Shown piece after piece: positions 25,864-34,102 of a stretch of 41,104 nucleotides of DNA. The DNA is taken from the IMG/VR virus record IMGVR_UViG_2617270992_000014; one strand, written 5' to 3'. This DNA comes from a virus. Lineage: Duplodnaviria > Heunggongvirae > Uroviricota > Caudoviricetes. The position numbers and the translations under genes are program-made. Positions within the stretch are counted from its first letter, which is position 1, and every line of letters starts with the position of its first letter. The notes beneath the pieces are model-generated. The model was not told the DNA's origin, did no database searches, and saw nothing but the letters and a program-made list of their open reading frames with translations.

Positions 25864-26202
25864 ATGCAGGCGGGCAGATTACGTGATCGCGTAACTATTC
25901 TGAATGTCACCACCGTCCGTTCTCCGTCAGGGCATCCGGTGGAGACAATGACGGAGGGGGCAACCGTATGGGCAGAAGTTAAGGGGATCAGCGGGAGGGA
26001 GAGAATATCAGGAGGTGCAGAAACCGCTCAGGCTACGGTCAGAGTCTGGATGCGATTTCGGCGCGATGTGACAGCGACTTCACGTCTGAAAGTGCTGACC
26101 GGTGCATTTAAAGGGGTCACTCTTGGTATAGAAGGGCCACCAATACCGGATGCACGCGCCACCCGGCTTGAAATGCTCTGCAGTCTGAAGGGGAATGTGT
26201 GA
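25864..26202 (+). CDS. Head closure / head-tail joining protein
   Basis: 112-aa ORF; position and size typical of the head-closure protein in HK97-like modules. Confidence 0.65.
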   Translation: MQAGRLRDRVTILNVTTVRSPSGHPVETMTEGATVWAEVKGISGRERISGGAETAQATVRVWMRFRRDVTATSRLKVLTGAFKGVTLGIEGPPIPDARATRLEMLCSLKGNV

Positions 26203-26648
26203 TGGATTTCAGTCTTGATTTTTCAGGTCTGGCGGATATTGCACGGGATCTGGAGACGCTCAGCAGGGCAGAAAACAATAAGGTGCTGCGCGATGCCACC
26301 CGTGCCGGTGCTGAAGTTATGCGGGATGCGGTTGTTGAACGTGCGCCGGAGCGAACCGGAAAACTGAAGAAAAATGTGGTTGTTCTGACTCAGCGCTCAA
26401 AGCGTCGGGGGGAAATTATTTCTGGTATCCATATTCGCGGACGGAACCTGCGAACCGGAAACAATGATAACAGCATGAAAGCCAGCGATCCCCGAAATGC
26501 GTTTTACTGGCGCTTTGTGGAGCTGGGAACGATAAACATGCCCGCGCATCCATTCATTCGCCCGGCTTTCGATACGACAGAGGAGCTGGCGGCGCAGGTT
26601 GCCATACAGCGAATGAATCAGGCTATTGATGAGGTCTTAAGTAAATGA
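26199..26648 (+). CDS. HK97 gp10-like tail-component protein
   Basis: 149-aa ORF overlapping the upstream stop; position-based assignment. Confidence 0.65.
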   Translation: MMDFSLDFSGLADIARDLETLSRAENNKVLRDATRAGAEVMRDAVVERAPERTGKLKKNVVVLTQRSKRRGEIISGIHIRGRNLRTGNNDNSMKASDPRNAFYWRFVELGTINMPAHPFIRPAFDTTEELAAQVAIQRMNQAIDEVLSK

Positions 26649-26989
26649 GGGAAGCCACACTGTATTCCCTGCTGTCTCAACTGGCCGGAGGACAGGTTTA
26701 TCCTTATGTGGTCCCGCTGACGGAGGGAAAACCTGCGGTATCTCCGCCGTGGCTGGTGTTTTCTGTGGTGTCTGACACGGCGTCTGATGTGCTTGATGGT
26801 CAGGCTGAATCCAGAATTACCGTGCAGATCGATGTCTGGGCAACGGTGCCTGATGACGCAGATGATATCCGAGAACAGGCGCTTGATGCGGTGAGGGAAC
26901 TTGCACCCTCCGTTATTTCTAAAACGCAGGGTTATGATCCTGAATCCCGTCTGAGCAGAGCCACGCTTGAATTTCAGGTAATAGCCTGA
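26645..26989 (+). CDS. Tail completion / tail terminator-like protein
   Basis: 114-aa ORF coupled to the previous gene; last gene before the major tail protein. Confidence 0.6.
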   Translation: MREATLYSLLSQLAGGQVYPYVVPLTEGKPAVSPPWLVFSVVSDTASDVLDGQAESRITVQIDVWATVPDDADDIREQALDAVRELAPSVISKTQGYDPESRLSRATLEFQVIA

Positions 26990-27010
26990 GTTCGTTAATG
27001 ATTTTACCCA

Positions 27011-27034
27011 CCCGCCGCTGGCGGTTTTTTTTAT
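27011..27034 (+). terminator. Hairpin with T-run upstream of the major tail gene
   Basis: CCGCC-GCT-GGCGG followed by eight T residues. Confidence 0.45.
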
Positions 27035-27049
27035 TTTCAGGAGACGAGT

Positions 27050-27754
27050 ATGTCCTCTAATTTTGAGCGTTCGCAACTGACGAAAATTATGATTTCGTCT
27101 GCACCGGTAACAGCAGAAACCCTGGATTCTGCCAGCTATCTTGGCCTGAGCTGTACAATCAAAGAGGTGCAGTTTACCGCAGGACAAAAGCAGGATATTG
27201 ATGTCACCACGCTGTGTTCTGTTGAGCAGGAAAATATTAACGGTCTTGGTGCCGCGTCAGAGATTTCCATGTCAGGCAACTTTTACCTCAATGCTGCCCA
27301 GAATGCGTTGCGCAGTGCCTATGACAATGACACCACGTATGGCTTTAAAGTTATTTTTCCGTCAGGAAACGGATTTACCTTTATGGCAGAGGTGCGTCAG
27401 CATACCTGGTCTGCAGGAACCAATGGTGTTGTGGCTGCAACGTTTTCCCTGCGCCTGAAAGGTAAACCTGTGCTGACGACAGAACCGCTGAAAGTGAAGG
27501 TCGATTTAAACAGCACGCTGCAGGTTTCTGCCGGAGCGAAACTCGAAATGGTGGTTGAGGCTGCCGGTGGTGTGCCGCCTTATTCTTATGTCTGGAAGAA
27601 AGGTGGTTCTCCTGTTTCCGGACAGACGGCGGCAACGTTCAGTAAGGCATCAGCAGCATCCGGTGATGCCGGTGCGTATACCTGCGAGATTTCTGATTCA
27701 GCAAGCCCGGTTAACAAAGTGACCTCCACTTCCTGCACTGTAACCGTCAGTTAA
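27050..27754 (+). CDS. V: Major tail protein V with C-terminal Ig-like domain
   Basis: 234-aa ORF; C-terminal about 90 aa (PPYSYVWKKGGSPVSGQTAATFSKASAASGDAGAYTCEISD) has an Ig-like pattern as on lambda gpV; AGGAG upstream. Confidence 0.8.
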   Translation: MSSNFERSQLTKIMISSAPVTAETLDSASYLGLSCTIKEVQFTAGQKQDIDVTTLCSVEQENINGLGAASEISMSGNFYLNAAQNALRSAYDNDTTYGFKVIFPSGNGFTFMAEVRQHTWSAGTNGVVAATFSLRLKGKPVLTTEPLKVKVDLNSTLQVSAGAKLEMVVEAAGGVPPYSYVWKKGGSPVSGQTAATFSKASAASGDAGAYTCEISDSASPVNKVTSTSCTVTVS

Positions 27755-28140
27755 TGAGGATGGATGTGATGACTAAAAATATCCGTAATCTGGCACTGGC
27801 AACGATGTCGGGGTTTCGCCATAAAACCGTTGATGTGCCTGAATGGGAGGGAGCAACGGTTGTGTTACGGGAACCTTCTGCAGAAGCCTGGTTGCGCTGG
27901 CAGGAGATCGTTAAAGCCAGGGAAGATGATACATCGCCATCTGTTGCAGAGCGTGCCCGCCGAAATCTGGAGGCAGACGTTGAACTGTTCATTGATGTTC
28001 TGTGTGATACCGGGCTGCAACCCGTATTTTCAGAGGATGATCGTGAACAGGTGATTGCCGTGTATGGCCCGGTGCATGCCCGGCTTCTTCGCCAGTCTCT
28101 GGAACTGATCAGTGATGCCGGAGAGGTTAAAAAAAAGTAG
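27754..28140 (+). CDS. G: Tail assembly chaperone G
   Basis: 128-aa ORF between V and the tape measure gene, ending in a poly-A slippery site. Confidence 0.7.
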   Translation: MRMDVMTKNIRNLALATMSGFRHKTVDVPEWEGATVVLREPSAEAWLRWQEIVKAREDDTSPSVAERARRNLEADVELFIDVLCDTGLQPVFSEDDREQVIAVYGPVHARLLRQSLELISDAGEVKKK

Positions 28141-28442
28141 CACTTCCGGGGATGCGTTTTCTGATGATGCTGGCGCTCAGGATGGGGCGCACATTGTCAG
28201 AGTTACGCCGGGAAATGTCCGCATCAGAAATCATGATGTGGGCAGAATTTGACAGGTTCAGCCCGCTGGGGGACGAACGGGCTGATATCCGGGCTGCCCA
28301 GATTGTTTCAGCTGTTTACGGTGCGCAGGGGGTTAAAGTACCACTGAATGATGTGCTTCTTCAGTGGGAGCAGGAGCAGACAGAAGGCGCCTCAGATCCA
28401 TTTGCCGGGCTGGAAAACGCGCTTTTAACCGTGTCTCAGTGA
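27754..28442 (+). CDS. Tail assembly chaperone G-T fusion produced by programmed -1 ribosomal frameshift
   Basis: Slippery heptamer A AAA AAG at 28131-28137 at the end of G; the -1 frame is open from 28131 and continues through the 28152-28442 ORF. Confidence 0.6.
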
Positions 28443-28451
28443 GTCAACATA

Positions 28452-28472
28452 ACCGCTTCGGCGGTTTTTTTT
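28452..28472 (+). terminator. Hairpin with T-run between T and the tape measure gene
   Basis: ACCGC-TTCG-GCGGT with a UUCG-type tetraloop followed by eight T residues. Confidence 0.45.
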
Positions 28473-28482
28473 CGTCCGGAGA

Positions 28483-31400
28483 ATGAGTGTGGCGACATTA
28501 CGTGAACTGATTATTAAAATTTCGGCAAACTCCCGGTCATTTCAGTCAGAGATCTCCCGGGCTTCGCGTATGGGGCAGGATTACTACCGCACCATGCAGA
28601 ATGGAAGCCGACAGTCCGCTGCTGCATCCCGTGAAATGCGGCGTGCACTGGCAGAAGTGACGGATCAGATAAATACAGCTAAATCTTCGGCACTGAACAT
28701 GGCGGGGGCATTTGCCGGGGCTTTTGCTACCGGTCATCTTATTTCTCTCGCCGATGAGTGGAATTCAGTCAATGCCCGTCTGAAGCAGGCCTCACAGTCC
28801 AGTGATGATTTTCAGGCATCACAACGCGAATTAATGGCAATCAGCCAGAGAACGGGGACGGCTTTTTCTGATAACGCCAGCCTTTTTGCCCGCTCTGCAG
28901 CTTCCATGCGGGAGTATGGCTACAGTTCTGAGGAGGTACTGAAAGTCACTGAGGCGATCTCCACGGGCCTGAAATTATCCGGTGCCAGTACAGCAGAAGC
29001 CAGTTCGGTGATCACGCAGTTCAGTCAGGCACTGGCGCAGGGAGTGCTGCGCGGTGAAGAGTTTAACTCGGTGAATGAGAACGGCGATCGTGTTATTCGT
29101 GCGCTGGCTGCGGGAATGGGAGTTGCCCGTAAGGATCTGAAGGCCATGGCGGATAACGGAAAGTTGACTGCCGATAAGGTTGTTCCTGCACTGATTAGTC
29201 AGCTTGGGGCATTACGTGATGAATATGCGGCAATGCCTGATACGGTTTCATCCTCTGCAACCAAAGTTGAAAACGCCTTTATGGCCTGGGTTGGTGGTGC
29301 GAACGAGGCAAGCGGAGTGACGAAGACGCTCTCCGGTGTGCTGAATGGTATTGCAGGCAATATTGACACCGTGGCAACCGCTGCCGGTGCTCTGGTTGCC
29401 GTCGGGGTAGCCCGATATTTTGGCAATATGGCGTCTTCTGCTGGATCTGCAACTGCCGGATTAATTACTGCAGCCAGAAACGAAGTGGCTCTTGCGGAAG
29501 CGCAGCTCCGGGGGACGCAGATAGCAACCGCCAGGGCGCGTGCGGCGGTTTATCGTGCGCAACAGGCGGTCGCGGCTACCCGTGGTACTGAAAGACAGGC
29601 AGCCGCAGAAGCGAAACTGGCTGCTGCTCAGGCATCACTTACCCGTAATATTGCGGCCAGAACAGCAGCACAGACAACGCTGAATACTGTCACGTTAGTG
29701 GGGAGTCGTCTGTTAAGTGGGGCACTGGGACTGGTTGGGGGTGTGCCGGGGCTTGTCATGCTGGGGGCCGCGGCCTGGTACACAATGTATCAGAATCAGG
29801 AGCAGGCCAGAGAATCTGCACGCCAGTATGCCGCAACAATCGACGAAATTCGCCAGAAAACGTCGGCAATGTCGCTTCCTGAAGCGTCAGATAATGAGGA
29901 AAAGACGCGGCAGGCACTGAAGGAGCAGAACAGGTTAATTGACGAGCAGAAAAGTAAGATTAAATCCTTACAGGAAAAAATTGCTGGCTATCAGTACGTG
30001 CTGGCAAACCCGGGCTGGACAACCGATAACGGTTTTATGATTAACCACATGACGTCGGTAAAAACTGTCACAGAAGGGCTTGCCGAAGCAACAAATCAAC
30101 TGGCAGTTGAACAGTCCCGTCTCACTCAAATGCAGGGCAAAGCGCAATCCATTCAGGATGTGCTTGCCGGGCTGGAAGAACGACGGGTGGCGTTGATCCG
30201 TCAACAGGCGGCGGAACAAAACAAAGCGTATCAGTCCCTGTTGATCATGAATGGGCAGCATACCGAGTTTAATCGCCTTCTAGGGCTTGGTAATGAATTA
30301 CTTCAGCAGCGACAGGGGCTGGTGAATGTACCGTTACGGCTACCACAGGCAACCCTGGATGATAAACAGCAGACCGCACTGAATAACAGCAAGCGCGAAC
30401 TGGCTCTGTCCCGCCTTAAGGGGGAAGCGCGTGAGCGTGCCCGACTGGGTTATGCTGCGGATGATCTCGGCTTTGTGGGAGAGGCGTATCAGACAGCCAG
30501 ACAGAATTATATCAATAACTCACTGGATGCCTGGCGAAATAACCAGGCAAATAAACCCAAAGCGCATAAAAAGACCGAAGCGGAAAAAACAGAAGATATT
30601 TATAAACGGCTTATTAAACAGCAGAAAGAACAGATAGCACTGGCAGGGCAGAATACTGAACTGGCTAAGATGAAATATCAGGTCAGTCAGGGCGAATTAT
30701 CAACCCTGTCAGAAGCGCAGAAAAAAACGCTTTTGCAGAATGCAGCACTCATCGACCAGAAAAAGATTCGTGAGCAGCTTGCTGCGTATGAGAGCAGTCT
30801 GGCGGACAGTAATGCCAGTGCCCGGGCATCTGACGACGCGCAGTTGCTGGGATATGGTGAAGGCTCACGGATGCGTGAACGACTCCAGGAAATGTGGAGT
30901 ATCCGGCAGACGTTTGAGCAGAAAAATAACGAACTGCTGAGACAGTATCAGGCCGGAGAAATTGAAGAAGCCCTGTGGAAACAGGAGAAAGAACTGAATA
31001 AAAAATATCTGGAAGAGCGTCTCAGCGATCAGCAGGATTATTATGCAAAGGCCGATGCTTTACGTAATAACTGGAATCCCGGACTCCAGGAAGGACTGAC
31101 CAACTGGGCAGACAGTGCCACCGATTATGCTTCACAGGCGGCAGATGCTGTCGTTTCCACGATGGACGGGCTGGTATCAAATATTTCCGATGCACTGGCC
31201 GGGAATGTTGTGGAGTGGAGGAACTGGGGGAGTTCAGTTCTCCGGGAAGTTTCAAAAATTCTGATGAATGCAGCCATTGTTAACGGACTGAAATCACTCT
31301 CCGGTGCCGGAGGGTGGCTTGGTACGGTCGGCGGATGGATTTCGGGGGCGGTGGCAAACGCAAAAGGTGGTGTTTACACATCGGCAAATCTGAGTGCTTA

Positions 31401-31716
31401 CAGTAACACTATTGTGGATACACCGACGTATTTTGCTTTTGCGAAAGGTGCCGGGCTGATGGGTGAGGCCGGGCCTGAAGCTATCATGCCACTGACACGG
31501 GCAGCGGACGGCTCTCTTGGGGTCAGAGCCATTGGCAATGTGAATGGTGGCGGTGGATTTGTTTATTCTCCCGTGTATCACATCAGCATTCAGAATCAAG
31601 GGAGCAATGGCGAGATAGATGCGCGCTCAGCCAGGGGACTGGTGGATCTGATCGACAGCAGGGTTGTGTCAATTATGCAGTCATCGCGTCGGGATGGAGG
31701 ATTATACAGTGCCTGA
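28483..31716 (+). CDS. H: Tail tape measure protein
   Basis: 1077-aa ORF (GTG start) with extended helical, Ala/Gln-rich composition, immediately after G/T. Confidence 0.9.
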   Translation: MSVATLRELIIKISANSRSFQSEISRASRMGQDYYRTMQNGSRQSAAASREMRRALAEVTDQINTAKSSALNMAGAFAGAFATGHLISLADEWNSVNARLKQASQSSDDFQASQRELMAISQRTGTAFSDNASLFARSAASMREYGYSSEEVLKVTEAISTGLKLSGASTAEASSVITQFSQALAQGVLRGEEFNSVNENGDRVIRALAAGMGVARKDLKAMADNGKLTADKVVPALISQLGALRDEYAAMPDTVSSSATKVENAFMAWVGGANEASGVTKTLSGVLNGIAGNIDTVATAAGALVAVGVARYFGNMASSAGSATAGLITAARNEVALAEAQLRGTQIATARARAAVYRAQQAVAATRGTERQAAAEAKLAAAQASLTRNIAARTAAQTTLNTVTLVGSRLLSGALGLVGGVPGLVMLGAAAWYTMYQNQEQARESARQYAATIDEIRQKTSAMSLPEASDNEEKTRQALKEQNRLIDEQKSKIKSLQEKIAGYQYVLANPGWTTDNGFMINHMTSVKTVTEGLAEATNQLAVEQSRLTQMQGKAQSIQDVLAGLEERRVALIRQQAAEQNKAYQSLLIMNGQHTEFNRLLGLGNELLQQRQGLVNVPLRLPQATLDDKQQTALNNSKRELALSRLKGEARERARLGYAADDLGFVGEAYQTARQNYINNSLDAWRNNQANKPKAHKKTEAEKTEDIYKRLIKQQKEQIALAGQNTELAKMKYQVSQGELSTLSEAQKKTLLQNAALIDQKKIREQLAAYESSLADSNASARASDDAQLLGYGEGSRMRERLQEMWSIRQTFEQKNNELLRQYQAGEIEEALWKQEKELNKKYLEERLSDQQDYYAKADALRNNWNPGLQEGLTNWADSATDYASQAADAVVSTMDGLVSNISDALAGNVVEWRNWGSSVLREVSKILMNAAIVNGLKSLSGAGGWLGTVGGWISGAVANAKGGVYTSANLSAYSNTIVDTPTYFAFAKGAGLMGEAGPEAIMPLTRAADGSLGVRAIGNVNGGGGFVYSPVYHISIQNQGSNGEIDARSARGLVDLIDSRVVSIMQSSRRDGGLYSA

Positions 31717-32050
31717 GCCTGAAGTTTTTAACTGGATCCCCCGTGAGGGGATGGAGACGACACGAAAGCCATCAGTTATTACGGTAAAGTTTGGTGACGG
31801 ATATGAACAGCGACGGGCTGGTGGTCTGAATGCGGATCTGAAAACGTTTAAACCGGTATTTCGTGTCACAGATGAATATTCCCGTGCCGCGCTGGACAGT
31901 TTTTTATCCCGTCATGCCGGGATTCGTGCTTTTTTGTGGCGTCCGCCAAAACACAACAGGACTGTCCGGGTTGTCTGCAGGGAGTGGAGCATTTCGGATA
32001 ATGCCATGTATACCGATTTTAACTGTACCTTTGAAGAGGTCACTCACTGA
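31694..32050 (+). CDS. M: Minor tail protein M
   Basis: VKFGDGYEQRRAGGLNADLKTF and FLWRPP resemble lambda gpM as recalled; the ATG at 31694 overlaps the tape measure 3' end. Confidence 0.8.
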   Translation: MEDYTVPEPEVFNWIPREGMETTRKPSVITVKFGDGYEQRRAGGLNADLKTFKPVFRVTDEYSRAALDSFLSRHAGIRAFLWRPPKHNRTVRVVCREWSISDNAMYTDFNCTFEEVTH

Positions 32051-32748
32051 TGCAGGATATACAGCAGGAAACACTCAATGAGTGCACTAAAACGGAGCAA
32101 TCCGCGCTGGTCGTGCTCTGGGAAATTGATCTGACAGAGGTCGGCGGAGATCGTTATTTCTTCTGTAATGAGCAGAACGAAAAAGGTGAAGCAGTCACCT
32201 GGCAGGGGCGGCAGTATCAGGCCTATCCCATTCAGGGAAGTGGATTTGAGATGAGCGGCAAAGGAGCCAGTGCAAGGCCAACGCTGAAAGTCTCTAATAT
32301 GCACGGCATGGTCACAGGGATGGCGGAAGATCTGCAGAGTCTGGTCGGCGGAACGGTGGTCCGGCGTAAGGTTTACGCCCGTTTTCTGGATGCGGTGAAC
32401 TTCGTCAACGGAAACAGCGAAGCCGATCCGGAGCAGGAGGTAATCAGCCGCTGGCGCATCGAGCAGTGCAGCGAACTGAGCGCGGTGAGTGCCTCCTTTG
32501 TACTGTCCACGCCGACGGAAACGGATGGCGCTGTTTTTCCGGGGCGCATCATGCTGGCCAACACCTGCACCTGGACCTATCGTGGTGATGAGTGTGGTTA
32601 TAGCGGTCCGGCGGTCGCGGATGAATATGACCAGACAACGTCCGATATCACGAAGGATAAATGCAGCAAATGCCTGAGTGGCTGTAAGTTTCGCAATAAC
32701 GTCGGCAACTTTGGCGGCTTCCTTTCCATTAACAAACTTTCGCAGTAA
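32050..32748 (+). CDS. L: Minor tail protein L
   Basis: 232-aa ORF, same length and position as lambda gpL, including the C-terminal Cys cluster CSKCLSGCKF. Confidence 0.85.
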   Translation: MQDIQQETLNECTKTEQSALVVLWEIDLTEVGGDRYFFCNEQNEKGEAVTWQGRQYQAYPIQGSGFEMSGKGASARPTLKVSNMHGMVTGMAEDLQSLVGGTVVRRKVYARFLDAVNFVNGNSEADPEQEVISRWRIEQCSELSAVSASFVLSTPTETDGAVFPGRIMLANTCTWTYRGDECGYSGPAVADEYDQTTSDITKDKCSKCLSGCKFRNNVGNFGGFLSINKLSQ

Positions 32749-32753
32749 ATCCC

Positions 32754-33497
32754 ATGACAGAGACAGAATCAGCGATTCTGGCGCACGCCCGGCGATGTGC
32801 GCCAGCGGAGTCGTGCGGCTTCGTGGTGAGAACGCCGGAGGAGGAAAGATATTTTCCCTGCGTGAATATCTCCGGTGAACCGGAGGATTATTTCCGGATG
32901 GCTCCGGAGGACTGGCTGCAGGCCAAAATGCAGGGTGAGATTGTGGCGCTGGTCCACAGTCACCCCGGTGGTCTGCCCTGGCTGAGTGAGGCTGACCGGC
33001 GGCTGCAGGTGCAGAGTGATTTGCCGTGGTGGCTGGTCTGCCGGGGTGAGATTCACAAGTTCCGCTGTGTGTCGCATCTCACCGGGCGTCGCTTTGAGCA
33101 CGGGGTGATGGACTGTTACACGCTGTTCCGGGATGCTTACCATCTGGCGGGGATTGAGATGCCGGATTTTCATCGCGGGGATGACTGGTGGCGTAACGGT
33201 CAGAATCTCTATCTTGACAATATGGAGGCGACGGGTTTTTACCGTGTCGCACTGACAGAGGCGCAGCCGGGCGATGTGCTGCTGTGCTGCTTTGGATCAT
33301 CGGTGCCGAATCATGCCGCCATTTACTGTGGCGGCGGCGAGCTGCTGCACCATATTCCTGAACAACTGAGCAAACGAGAGAGGTACACCGACAAATGGCA
33401 GCGACGCACACACTCCCTCTGGCGTCACCGGGCATGGCACGCATCTGCCTTTACGGGGATTTACAACGATTTGGCCGCCGCATCGATCTGCGTGTGA
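32754..33497 (+). CDS. K: Tail assembly protein K (JAB/MPN plus NlpC/P60-like domains)
   Basis: 247-aa ORF; HSHPGG is a JAMM-type metal motif and the C-terminal half has a Cys/His peptidase-like pattern, as in lambda gpK. Confidence 0.85.
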   Translation: MTETESAILAHARRCAPAESCGFVVRTPEEERYFPCVNISGEPEDYFRMAPEDWLQAKMQGEIVALVHSHPGGLPWLSEADRRLQVQSDLPWWLVCRGEIHKFRCVSHLTGRRFEHGVMDCYTLFRDAYHLAGIEMPDFHRGDDWWRNGQNLYLDNMEATGFYRVALTEAQPGDVLLCCFGSSVPNHAAIYCGGGELLHHIPEQLSKRERYTDKWQRRTHSLWRHRAWHASAFTGIYNDLAAASICV

Positions 33498-34042
33498 AAA
33501 CGGGGGCCGAAGCCATCCGGGCGCTGGCCATGCAGATCCCGGCGTTTCGTCAGAAGCTGAGCGACGGCTGGTATCAGGTACGCATTGCCGGGCGGGATAC
33601 AGGCGAAAACGAATTATCTGCCCGTCTTAATGAGCCGCTGGCAAATGGTGCAGTGATCCACATCGTGCCGCGTCTGGCGGGTGCCAAAAGTGGCGGTGTG
33701 TTTCAGGCAGTGCTGGGGGCTGCGCTGATTGCGGTGGCATGGTGGAACCCTGTGGGCTGGCTGGGTGCCGCGGCTGTATCGGGTATGTATGCGGCAGGGG
33801 CCAGTATGATCCTGGGCGGTGTGGCGCAGATGCTGGCACCGAAAGCCAGAACTCCCCGCACACAGGCAACAGATAACGGCAAACAGAACACCTATTTTTC
33901 TTCGCTGGATAATATGGTTGCACAGGGTAATTCGCTGCCGGTGCTGTATGGCGAAATGCGCGTGGGGTCGCGGGTGGTATCTCAGGAGATCAGCACGGCA
34001 GATGAAGGTGATGGTGGTCAGGTTGTGGTGATTGGTCGCTGA
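33395..34042 (+). CDS. I: Tail assembly protein I
   Basis: 215-aa ORF; N-terminus MAATHTLPLASPGMARICLYGDLQRFGRR and C-terminus match lambda gpI as recalled; overlaps K by about 100 nt in another frame. Confidence 0.85.
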   Translation: MAATHTLPLASPGMARICLYGDLQRFGRRIDLRVKTGAEAIRALAMQIPAFRQKLSDGWYQVRIAGRDTGENELSARLNEPLANGAVIHIVPRLAGAKSGGVFQAVLGAALIAVAWWNPVGWLGAAAVSGMYAAGASMILGGVAQMLAPKARTPRTQATDNGKQNTYFSSLDNMVAQGNSLPVLYGEMRVGSRVVSQEISTADEGDGGQVVVIGR

Positions 34043-34061
34043 TGAAAAATGTTTTATGTGA

Positions 34062-34084
34062 AACCGCCTCCGGGCGGTTTTGTC
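34062..34084 (+). terminator. Terminator-like hairpin between I and J
   Basis: CCGCC-TCCG-GGCGG followed by TTTTGTCGTTT. Confidence 0.35.
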
Positions 34085-34102
34085 GTTTATGGAGCGTGAG
34101 GA

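Noticed and set aside
26618-27187. 189-aa minus-strand ORF spanning the tail-completion and major-tail genes
   Set aside because: Antisense to two well-supported late genes and to the intergenic terminator; Arg/Cys/His-rich composition.
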